From the NCBI GenBank assembly GCA_965603825.1, contig CBFDEM010000060.1:124001-188000 (forward strand): 64,000 nt of DNA. The letters run 5' to 3'. Position 1 is the stretch's first letter. Each line of letters opens with the position of its first letter. A program made the translations under genes and the position numbers. The DNA comes from Blepharisma stoltei ATCC 30299 (taxonomy: Eukaryota; Protista; Ciliophora). Of this stretch, positions 53,536 through 64,000 are shown in pieces. The notes under the pieces were generated by a model that saw nothing but the letters and a program-made list of their open reading frames with translations, did no database searches and was not told where the DNA came from.

Positions 53536-53870
53536 AAAAGTTAATTGAGTTTATTAAAAATCAATTTTTGTAAAAATAATTCGATTGCAAGAGATTTATA
53601 AATCAATTTAGAAAGTAAATTTTAAAATAAATGAAATCGATAAGCATTATGGCTACACTTAATTAACTTTCTAATGTAGGCATCAATAATTTAATAAAGC
53701 ATTTTATGTTGCATTTTCTTAATTTTTAGAGATTTTGGGATCTTATTTGCATGTGCTTAAAGAATTAATAAAAGGCCTTGGCATATTTTATGCAATTGCC
53801 ATACGTTTTCAAGCCTAGTAGACATTTAATAATTTTTATATTATTTTAATATATCATAAATCCACTTGAA

Positions 53871-54447
53871 ATGGGAATTAATGGATCCGTTTGTACATGC
53901 AGTGACCGCCCCAGAAATACCCTTTCAAATAAAGGTTTATCAAAAAATCATTTCACAGATGGCTGTGTAAAGGTCGTGGACTATACTGGAATGTACTCTG
54001 GTGTTCACTCTATTCAAGAACTTAAACAAAAAATGCTTGATTATTTACCATATCATCTCCAATGTATTAAAGACAGCGATATTGACCCTATCCACAGCTT
54101 TGTAAGAGTCATAGGAATTCAAACAAGTTCTGATGCTTGAAGCGAAATTATGATAGAAATTATTTTTGCTTCAATAGGGAGATTTGCAATTGGAATATGG
54201 CCGTCATGAAACACAAGGGAAGGGTCTCCTAAAGTCACAGGAACTATAGAATATCTTTATAAGTTCCCAGAAAATGCTGTAAGAAGTTATATAGAAATAT
54301 CGAGGAGGTTTTCACACTTTTTTAGATTGGCTTGACATGTATAAGTACAACCCATTTGAAGCACTAGATGAAGAAGAAAATAATATAGGAAAAATTGTAT
54401 ATTCAATCTTCAAATCCTTAGAAATAAAAGAAAATGACCCAAATTAA
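53871..54447 (+). CDS. Hypothetical 186-aa protein with N-myristoylation/palmitoylation-like N-terminus, two exons
   Basis: Starts MGINGSVCTC, has two in-frame TGA, and removing the 16-nt intron 54279-54294 keeps the frame open to TAA 54445-54447. Confidence 0.68.
54279..54294 (+). other. 16-nt spliceosomal intron GTAAGAAGTTATATAG
   Basis: GT-AG ends, A at -6, same TATATAG 3' end as two of the 15-mers. Removal extends the ORF. Confidence 0.72.
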
Positions 54448-54477
54448 TTTAAACTAATTAATAATCAAATTTTCCTT

Positions 54478-56973
54478 ATGGCTGAGTTCCAAAGTATAAA
54501 AAACAACCCAAATAAGCTTATTATTGCTATAGAGGACCAAGAAAGAGAAATAGACGCGCTAAATAAAAAAATTGAAAAAATCAAGCAAACTTACAGGATG
54601 AGATCTGAACATCTGGAGAGGCTAGAAAGGAAGACGAACTCTTTAAAAGATGAAAAAAGGCAGCAAGAGGATACAATTTCTGGGCTTTTTCATGATTTAA
54701 ACCTGATTTCTTCAGATTTTAAGCCAGATCATAATATTGAAGTTGAATATGAAAATGCAGTAAACTTAAAATAGACTGAATTTGTGAAAAAAACTCCAAA
54801 AGAAGGCATAAAAATGCTGATTGACGAACTCAATGCTATTGAATCAGCTTTATCCAATGAAAGTTATGTGAAGAGTGTTGAGCTCAAAGAAAAATACACA
54901 TATTCAGTGGAATTCAGAGGAGAAAACTGCATGATCAGGACATCAAATCAAGACTACTCTTTTGATGATTTATGCAAAGATGCAGCTGTTTATTTTAATT
55001 TACAGCCTGGCGACTGTTTATTGAAAGATGAAAGGGGAGTAATCTGACCAAATCATTCAAGAGTTATTGATGAATATGAAGGCTCTAAAACAAAGCTAAT
55101 TTTAGGACTTAAGCATGGAAAAGTGTATAAAAATCCTGAGGTCTCTCAGATAGACTGAGAAAAAGTAGCTGCCCATTCGCTACTGGAAGCTCGCATTAGA
55201 GAAATGTCTAAATGAGTCGCTAATAAAAGCAAATCTGGGACCAAAAGAGGCACAAAACAAGCTAGTGTTATTAGAAGGATTTTTATGTTTTTATTTTATT
55301 TAGCATTTTTATTCCAATTACTCTATATGATTTTCGAATAGTAAATTTTATATAGCTTATCACTCCAAGACACTTATGAGCTGAATACAGGCATCAACGC
55401 AGTTTTCGCCCAAAATAATTTCCCAGTTGATTGCAATTATCAGAATGGCTTAAGCACAACTTATAACTATATAGTAAAACCAGACCAATTTTTTTGCTGG
55501 GTTGACCAAGTGTTTATTCAAGGGCTCGACAAAGGAGATGATAATAATTTGTATGTCATAAAGTATAATCAGGTAGGAGCAATAAGATTTAGACAGCTAA
55601 GAGTGACAACTAAATCATGCTCTTATATTGACTATGATACAAAGAAAATATATGACATTGGAGAGGGGGAATGTATAGGAGACTACTCGTCTAGTCATAA
55701 AAGTACTGATTCTTTTGGTAGAAACTTAGACTCAGCATTTTATCAAAATTGCTCAAATTACCCAACTAGTGAAGACTGCATATTTTCGAAAGCGTTTAAA
55801 TATTCTGATAATATTCCTTATAGCTCCACCTTCCAAGGCAAAATATCAGAATACGACGAAACTGGATACTATATTGATTCTTCTGATTATTGAACTGGCG
55901 CACCTGATATTGACACAATTTCTCATTTAAATAGCTTTCTTAAAGAAAATTTATGGATAGACAACCAAACTAGGGCCATTTTTATTACTTTTACAACTTA
56001 TAATATTAATTATGATTTTTTTACCACTAGCGTGATTTTGATAGAATTTGGGTCCTCTGGGGTCATGGTTCCAAGTTCCTATACAAACTCTATATACGTA
56101 AGCTATTATAAAAATTCCTGGGATGATATGTGGTCATCAGTAGGCTCATTTTTTAAAAAAGTCCCTGAATTATATTGCTATTCATATAATTTTTTTGCAT
56201 TATTGCCTGTTATTATAAAAAAATTTGTTACGAGGAAAACTGAAGTACTCAAAGAAATGTGAATTTATATTGATATTATGCTTTTTCTATTAATTACAGG
56301 AATTATGATTATAAGAATATTGCTGTATTATGCTTGCAGTGATGTAATAACATATGTGATTTCCCATTTCTCCAAAAAAGTGATTGATCTTACCTATTCT
56401 GCAAGATTGATATCAGTCATGTGAGCATTTGAAGGCTTTGCTGCACTATTTGCGTTTATGAAAGTCCTTAATTATTTTAAATTCAATAGTATGACTATGA
56501 TTTGGGATACTCTAGGAAGAGGAGCAAAATCAATTTTTGCCTTCATGATTTACTTTATTGTACTGCAAGTTTCTTTTTCAATGATGGCCTACCAGGTATA
56601 TGGATATGCTCTATACGATTTTTCCAAATATACATTGAGTCAGATTAATATTTTTATGATAGATCTCGGGAATCTTAACCTCTATCCAAATATGTCAGAG
56701 GTTGAATCTATCTTTACGCCATTATTTTTTGTATTTTATTTTTTCTTTGTGTTTTTTGTGACAAACAACATCTTCATAGCAATTTTGAATGAAGCCTTTG
56801 GCGTTATTGTAGAGCGTCAAAGGGAACAAAATGAAAGAGAATTAATAGGAAAATTAAAGACCCGAGTTATAGATGAAATAAAATTTTTCTGTGAAAAATG
56901 CAAGTATTGCTGCACACATTTTAAAAAGAAAAAGAAAATTGAGAAGAGTAAAGCATTTAAAGCATTCACATAA
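54478..56973 (+). CDS. PKD2: Polycystin-2 (PKD2/TRPP)-like cation channel, 821 aa, three exons
   Basis: TOP-domain motifs GAIRFRQLRV and WIDNQTRAIFITFTTYNINYDFF, S6 FFVFFVTNNIFIAILNEAF. All ORF fragments are in frame with 6 TGA and two 15-nt introns. Confidence 0.86.
54760..54774 (+). other. 15-nt spliceosomal intron GTAAACTTAAAATAG
   Basis: GT-AG ends, A at -6. Its TAG is the only stop between two in-frame ORFs. Confidence 0.82.
55341..55355 (+). other. 15-nt spliceosomal intron GTAAATTTTATATAG
   Basis: GT-AG ends, A at -6. Retention gives TAG TAA, and removal gives TA|C (Tyr) with an open frame. Confidence 0.88.
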
Positions 56974-57424
56974 AATTTAACCATTTTTAAGTAAAGTTAG
57001 AATTGCTCTTCGCTCACAATTTAATATAAGCTGAATTATTATTTTTCTTCATTTAATTCCAAAATTTTGTGTATTCTGTTGGTCATTTGGCTTTCATTCT
57101 CTTTAAATTAATTTTGGAAAATCTTGGAAATTTTTATTAACACAAATAGAGTTATTTTGGATAAATATGAAATTTCACATGCAAAATATTTTGTCCAATT
57201 TCTGAACACAGAATTTTAGCATCTCTTACTGTTCGATTAAAAGTGCGTCAATTATAGAAATTAATAAAAAAAATTATTAAGATATAATTTTAATTGGCTA
57301 ACTTAGCTTAGGCGTTTATAATTATCCTATATCATATGTCAACACTTCATTTGCTCTACCATTTTATTTGATATCAGAAAATACTAATAAGTCAATTATC
57401 CTTCTTAATATTCTAAAATCTTAA

Positions 57425-58171
57425 ATGTGTTTAATTTCCGGAAAACCCGAAATTTGCTCTCACCAGCAATGCATCGCGTTTTATCTAGAGCTAGTCCTTA
57501 AAAGTATAAACTCCCAACAATTGCAGCAGTCCCTACAAGAAGCTCGAACAACATCAATTAATGACTACCAAACCTGAATGATCTGTTCAGCATTAGAAAG
57601 CCAGAATCGCACACTTGAACAAATAATTGAAGCGAATAAGAGATGCCACGCATCTCTTGATGAAATGCTCAACTCGTTGCGAGTGTCAGCCCGTCCACAA
57701 GCTACGCCATTATGCCAAGAATTCGTTGCTGAGGCAGATTATGATCCTGATAAAATATTGACTCTTCTTGCTTCCAACAGTACTTTTGAGTATACATTGG
57801 ACCCACAGCATACTTTACCAACCAGTGTGTTCAAAGAAAGAAGATTTTCGTTAACATTAGTTCTAAAAGAGAAGCATGGATATCCAACTTTTTTAAGCTC
57901 ACACCCGAGGTTCAAAGCTTATCTTTTCACTCAAGACGCACCACCAAGATGCTTGAAACTAAATATATTCAGTAAAAAAATATTGAGGGGTACTACAGAG
58001 ACCGAAATTAAGGAAGATGGAATAATTCATTTTGATTCACTAGTTATTAATGAAGTGAGCTCGCACTATACAAATGGATGCTTTAATTTAATTATAGCAA
58101 ATTTGACTTCGAGCTGCGTCAAACCTTTTAGGATTGAAAATCTTTATGTTCGGGCAAGAAAAATTGAATAA
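57425..58171 (+). CDS. Hypothetical 248-aa protein with a C-terminal beta-rich domain, possibly CBP60/CudA-like
   Basis: ATG 57425 is in frame with ORF 57578 via TGA 57575-57577. The domain resemblance is by eye only. Confidence 0.65.
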
Positions 58172-58718
58172 CTAAGGAGATCATCAATCCTGATTGATTA
58201 GTCTATCATCAGAAATCAAAAATATTTTTAATAACATTTAAATATATATTTAGTTTCTAAGAAAAATTTTTAAGCATTAATTTTTATAATAAAAATATAT
58301 TAATTCATAATACTATATAGCAGTAAATTACAGTATCCAGCAAAATTCAGCAGAAAAAATATTTAATTTCAAAGCATTCAAGTTCAAACAGCCAATTTAC
58401 TCACTTTCTATATGATATAAATTAGGAATATATTAAATAGCAAAAATGAACTCATTTTAAAATTATAATAAATGGTATAAAGTACTGCTAGCCACAATTT
58501 ACTTAGAAAAATGGTCAAATTAATTAGTATCGTTTTCGTTTGAATATTTTTGATTGATAAATTTTTATTTCTTAATTTTTCAATATATCAGATAATGCTT
58601 AGTTATTTAGTCAAAATTATTGATACAGATTCTTTATTAAGCTCATCACAAAATTTGGTATTTTATAAGTTTAATATCTATAAATCGACTCACAATATTA
58701 ATTGTGAAAGATAAATTT

Positions 58719-61700
58719 ATGTCAAGCTCAAAAACTGAAAAACAAAGTGGAATCATGTCTTGGATTTTTAGCAATGAGCAAGCAAAAACTGTGGTAAGGA
58801 AATCCAGAAAGAGAATAAAGCTATCAAAACCTCAGATTAAGCTAAATAAATTGATGAATGAAGTTACCAATTATATCATCGACAATGCTGAAAATTCAGT
58901 CACAGCTTCAACCCCAATCAATTCCATTTGTCTGTCGAGTGATGAACCATTTGTATATTTTGCAAGCAGCAAAGGCAGCGTAAGCTGCTTTAACTACGAA
59001 GAATGCAAAATTGTGAATGATAGTATTTTGCACATAAACTCTATTAATACTCTTCTAATAGACCATAACTTAAACCGAGCTGTCATATGTGGGGAAAGTC
59101 CTATAGTTAGGATTTACACAGTCCCAGATTTTGAACTGGAATATGAATTTAAAGAGCATGCTTTAAACATATCAAAAATTTATTTAAACCATGGATTATG
59201 CTACTCTGGAGACGTTGGAGGAGTTGTAAATAGGATAAATTTATTTGAGCTGAAACCAGATAACTTTTCTATACCAAATATAGGGAAAATCACTGATTTA
59301 TTAGTTACTCGGGATAACAATTTTCTTTATGTGAGTGGCGATGCTTTTATTAAAGTTTATGATACAAAAACAAAAAAAGAAATTAGCCAGCTGAATAATC
59401 ATACCGGAATCGTAACTTGTTTAGCTATTGACCCAAAATCTGAATATCTAGCATCAGGAGGAGAAGACTGCAATATTTTCTTATGAAAAATCCCTGATAA
59501 CACTCTTTTTAAAAAAATTGGTCAACATTCTGCAATTTTAAGGTCATTGAGCATCAGTTCTGACGGAATTTTTCTTGCTTCAGGAAGTGATGATTTTTTG
59601 GTTAAAATATGAGACCTAGATTATGAAAGAAGAGAGCAAACTTTAGGAGGACACAAAGGAATCATAAGAGCTGCTGTTTTTTCAGCAAAACGAGATTTTA
59701 TTTTTTCCGGAGGAGATGATACAATGCTTAAAGTCTGAAAATTTCCTGAATTTCAAGAGGATTATTTTTATAAAGCAAACTCTAGCACTGACTATAACTC
59801 AGTCACTTTTATCCCAGACACAAAAGCTCTAATGTCTTGTGGGACAGATAAAATTGTTAGGAGATGAGATAAAAATGGAAATCCTTCAAATGCATTTGCT
59901 ACACAAGGTTCTGGGCTGAAAATATGTATATCCCAAGATGAAAGATATGGAGCTGTTGGTGATGAGCTCGGTATTCTTTATATTTTTAACCCATTTACAT
60001 TTGAAGTCCATCATAAAATACAGGCTCATCGTGGGCTTATTAGAGATTTATGCTTTTCACCTAGAGGTGACTATTTAATTACAGGAGGCGGAGACTCAAT
60101 AGTCTATATATGAAATCTTGAAGGCACTGAAAATTTACAATTAAGAGGCCATAGCCAAAGTATATGATGCCTTTGTATTAGTCATGACGGAAAAAGAATA
60201 TATTCAGGCAGCAGCGATAAAACAGTCATTGAATGGGAGGCCGAAGCGGCTTGTGAGAAAAAGATTTTCCATATTCAAGAGCCAGTGAGCTCTATTGCAA
60301 TATCTCAAGATGATAGCCTGATAATAACAGGAGGGATGGTTGGGATTGTAAAAGTCTGGAATATTGATGAAGCCTGACTTGAGTCGAAATTTACAGTGCA
60401 CGCAGGGGTTGTAACACAGATTGTAGTTCTTCATAGCAATGAAACTATGCTGACAGCAGGGACTGATTTTAAGATTTTTGTGATTTCTTTATTATATCGT
60501 GAAGCAGTCACTTATTTTTCACGCAAATCTCCTATATACTCACTCGTAGTATCATCTGATGAAAGCTATATCGCAACTGGAGAAAAGCAGCATATAATTT
60601 TTCAAGAAAACCCACTTTCTGCTCAAACCATTTCTGTGGCAGGACCTATTGAAAAAATCCAGGAATATTTGTCATATATGAGAGATGTGTTGACCGATAA
60701 GCATCCGACCTATGACAATGCGTATGATAATTTTTTAATTTTGCCTCATTATGTGAATAGTCTGCATATCTATTCATTTTTGAACCTCAAAGAATATATT
60801 TCTGGAGCTCTTAGCCATTCCGCAGCTACAATAAAAACAAGCCAAGGCTTTTATCCTTTATCTATTGCTTTACTTAAAGAATTTAAAGGATTGAGAGATG
60901 AATTCGTCAAATGTTTTTGTGCAGTTGGGAAACACAATCCTTTTATTTTACAAATAGTCGAAAATGACTTAAATTCGATGAACACGCAAGGATTTGGAGC
61001 TTTAAATGACCTTTATGAAGTTTTATACCAAGAAACGCAAAGGAAAAGTCTACCTAAATTTTGTGAATCCAATGTGGTCTTGCCTATAACAAATATTTCT
61101 GATTCTCCACGAATCAAAATTTCTGATTTTTTCAATGAGAATGGCATCAGCAACCAAGGGACTTCTATGATATTTAAAGAGTCCTACATAAAACTAAATT
61201 TTCATATGGGAAGCCGCCAGAGTTTAGATTTCCTTATGAGTTTATCTACATGTAAAAACAACGAAGTGTTTAAAACCCCTTTAATTCTTGACGTAATTCG
61301 GTATAAATGAGAAACTGCTAGATATCCATTAATGTACCAAGGTTTTATGTACTATTCATATTTAGTCACGCTCTCTATCTATACAGCCTGATTTATGAAA
61401 AATCGGTCCTTTCAGATAACTCTTTTTATTATGAATTCTCTCTTAAACATTTTTGAGCTGTTTTTAATGGCTGTCTCAGGGAAATACTACTTCACTTATA
61501 TATGAAATTACGTTGACTGGTTTAGAGGTATCATGCTTTTACTATACGAATACATGGAATGATACAACGTTTTGCCTGAGCTCATGCCTTCAGTTTTCGC
61601 TATAGTCACTTTTCTCAGCTGAGCCAGAGGGATTGCATATTTTCGGCTATTTAAAACTACCCGATATTTTATCAACCTCCTCATAAGTGTGATCAGTGGG

Positions 61701-62276
61701 ATGTCTGGGTACATTATTTTATTAATTTACTCCACTTTTGCATTTTGCTTTATATTTATAGTCCTTGCAAGAGATATGCATATCCCAGATTTAATGCTAA
61801 ACGTTAGAACTTCATATAATTTGGTATTCGGAAATTTTGACTTTGAGAGCGAAATAATTGAGCTTACTGTTGTCACGCTTGGGATTATCATAAACCCTAT
61901 CATAATGATGACTATTTTAATTTCTATTATTACTGATGTGTATGAGCAGGTTCAAAGTGATTGCTTGTCGTCAGATATAAAAGAATTGATTTTTTTGAAT
62001 ATTGAGGTAGAAAATCTAATGTTTTGGAAAAGAAAAAATGTGCATAGACAGTATATACAGGTAGTTAAAGAGTATGAAAGAGAAGATGATTTGTCGTGGG
62101 AAGGAAAACTTACTGTACTTAAGAAGTCATTGGAGAAATCACACCATTCGACACTACAGTTTTATGGGGCATTTACAAAAAGGCTTAAAGATAGAGATGA
62201 GCTTATGAGTCAAAATGCAAAAAAGGCACAAAAGATAATTGAGCTGCTTGATAGAGAAGCAGAAAAAGAAGATTAA
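58719..62276 (+). CDS. WD40-repeat protein fused to a 6-TM TRP-like ion transport domain, 1185 aa
   Basis: Single frame with 12 TGA. Repeats such as H..I..L..S.DG.FLASGSDD.LVKI(W)D. C-terminal Y..YI(W)NYVDW, S4-like (W)ARGIAYFRLFKTTRYFI, S6-like NPIIMMTILISIITDVYEQV. Confidence 0.86.
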
Positions 62277-62519
62277 TAAATTATAATAATTTATTGTTTA
62301 GACACAGCTTTGATAATAATTAATTCCCGCGAAATAAAAATGCTTACAAATTTTCATCAAAAATTTTATTTTATCGTAATTTCCAACCTCATACCTTTAA
62401 ATTGTTTTAAAATGCCTGCCATATTATTTTTAACGTTAAAACTCAAAGGAAATCAAAAATCTTTCCCTAGTAAAAAGTTCTTTATTATCTTAATTATGAT
62501 ATAATAAACTCGCGGCAAT

Positions 62520-64000
62520 ATGGAATCACGGCGGGAAGACGGTAGTGAGTCATCTTCATCAAGAATCCGAACTCAAGGCACCCAAGGGCTTGGGCGACAT
62601 GGAATCTCCAATACTGAAGGCTCTCTCGCCCCTCAATTTGTAAATCGAATGGAAGACGGCACCGATTTTGACCCTGGTGCTCTACGTTCAGTTCTCTGGG
62701 GCACAGACATAAATATCGACGAAATTCAGACAAAATTCAAAGATTTCCTATTAAGATTCACTGACGCAGACGAAATGAGTGATGGGGAAACTCCTTTCTA
62801 CATCAAAAGGCTGATAGATAATACAAACACTGCATTCTTCAACCTCGACGTAGACTGTGATCATATTTTCCAATTTGACAGAGAGCTTTACCAGCAGCTA
62901 GTTAACTACCCTTCAGATATTGTCCCACTTTTCGATTTATCAGCAATGGAGCTCTATAGGAGTCTGCATAACGAAAATTTAGACGAAGACTACAAAATCC
63001 AAGTAAGGACCCACAATTTAAGACATGTGACTGGGATGAGAGAAATGGGCCCAGACAAAATCGATATGCTAATTGCAGTCAGGGGGATTGTGATAAGATG
63101 CTCAGATATAGTCCCTGATATGAGGGTTGCTGACTTCAGATGCGCTCAATGTGGAAGACATGAAAAGGTTACCTTAGAAAGAGGAAAAGTGGAAGAGCCG
63201 AACTCTTGTCCAAGGTGTTTAGCGAAATATTCATTTGAGCTGATTCATAATTTGTCAATATTTTCTGATAAGCAGCATATAAAAATCCAAGAAACACCTG
63301 AAAATATTCCTGAAGGAGAAGTCCCGCATACTGTGCATATTTGCTGCTATGATGATATGATTGATATTATGAGACCTGGGGATAGGATTGAAGTAACTGG
63401 AATTTTTAGAGCTTGCCCGATGAGGGTGTCTAGGCTAAGAAGGACCTTGAAGTCTATATACAGCACTTATGTAGATGTTGTGCATGTAGCAAAAATGCAT
63501 AAGCAGAGATTTACACATGAGGAAGAAGAGGTGACTGAGTTTTCTGACGAAAAAAAGCAGCTTTTCCATCAAATTGCAGAGAGACCTGACCTTTATGATC
63601 TCCTTGTAAAAAGTTTTGCACCAAGTATTTGGGAATGCGATGATATTAAAAAAGGACTTTTGTGTCAGCTTTTTGGAGGATGCAATAAAAATTTCAGCAA
63701 TTCAGGTAGGGGAAGGTTCAGAGGAGAAATTAATATTTTGCTTGTTGGAGACCCATCAACTGCAAAATCTCAGCTTTTGCAGTTTGTCCATAAGCTTTCT
63801 AATAGAGGAATCTATACCTCAGGGAAAGGAAGTTCTGCAGTCGGGCTTACTGTTTATGTAAAAAGAGATCCAGATACCAAAGAAATTTTATTAGAAAGTG
63901 GGGCGCTAGTACTGAGTGACAGAGGTATTTGTTGTATTGATGAATTTGACAAAATGGATGACTCTACTAGAGCTATGCTTCATGAAGCAATGGAGCAGCA
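62520..64000 (+). CDS. MCM4: DNA replication licensing factor MCM4 (3' truncated by window edge)
   Basis: Missing from the ORF track because there is no stop in the window. VLWGTDINI, C4 zinc finger (CAQC..CPRC), DKQHIKIQETPE, Walker A GDPSTAKSQLL, TSGKGSSAVGLT, Walker B CCIDEFDKM, LHEAMEQ. Confidence 0.95.
   Translation, partial: MESRREDGSESSSSRIRTQGTQGLGRHGISNTEGSLAPQFVNRMEDGTDFDPGALRSVLWGTDINIDEIQTKFKDFLLRFTDADEMSDGETPFYIKRLIDNTNTAFFNLDVDCDHIFQFDRELYQQLVNYPSDIVPLFDLSAMELYRSLHNENLDEDYKIQVRTHNLRHVTGMREMGPDKIDMLIAVRGIVIRCSDIVPDMRVADFRCAQCGRHEKVTLERGKVEEPNSCPRCLAKYSFELIHNLSIFSDKQHIKIQETPENIPEGEVPHTVHICCYDDMIDIMRPGDRIEVTGIFRACPMRVSRLRRTLKSIYSTYVDVVHVAKMHKQRFTHEEEEVTEFSDEKKQLFHQIAERPDLYDLLVKSFAPSIWECDDIKKGLLCQLFGGCNKNFSNSGRGRFRGEINILLVGDPSTAKSQLLQFVHKLSNRGIYTSGKGSSAVGLTVYVKRDPDTKEILLESGALVLSDRGICCIDEFDKMDDSTRAMLHEAMEQ

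Noticed and set aside
62640-62655. GTAAATCGAATGGAAG in MCM4 as a 16-nt intron
   Set aside because: No A at -6, not a TAG end, and the frame is already open, so removal would break it

Overview
Gene-dense, AT-rich eukaryotic DNA, most likely from a heterotrich ciliate of the Blepharisma type. The evidence is (i) in-frame TGA repeatedly falls on invariant Trp positions while every complete gene ends in TAA or TAG, and (ii) four 15-16 nt GT-AG introns. The supplied ORF track treats TGA as stop, so it fragments most genes. Re-read with TGA=Trp, the window holds: the 3' part of an Aurora-like kinase with a long coiled coil, a 4-TM protein, a CNNM/DUF21-CBS protein, seven tandem full-length ABCA transporter paralogs on the minus strand (3.9-49.3 kb) with a RagC/D GTPase between copies 1 and 2, an Ssn6/Cyc8-like TPR protein, a small putatively acylated protein, a PKD2-like channel, a protein with a possible CBP60/CudA-like domain, a WD40 plus TRP-like channel, and the 5' part of MCM4. 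The most notable feature is a 290-bp non-intron insertion in ABCA copy 2, flanked by TTA direct repeats. Its precise removal restores the ORF, so it is an IES/MITE-like element. Other points: a 2-bp frameshift in copy 6, very uneven TGA use among paralogs, apparent gene-conversion tracts and conserved upstream motifs in the array. All alignments and counts were done by eye.
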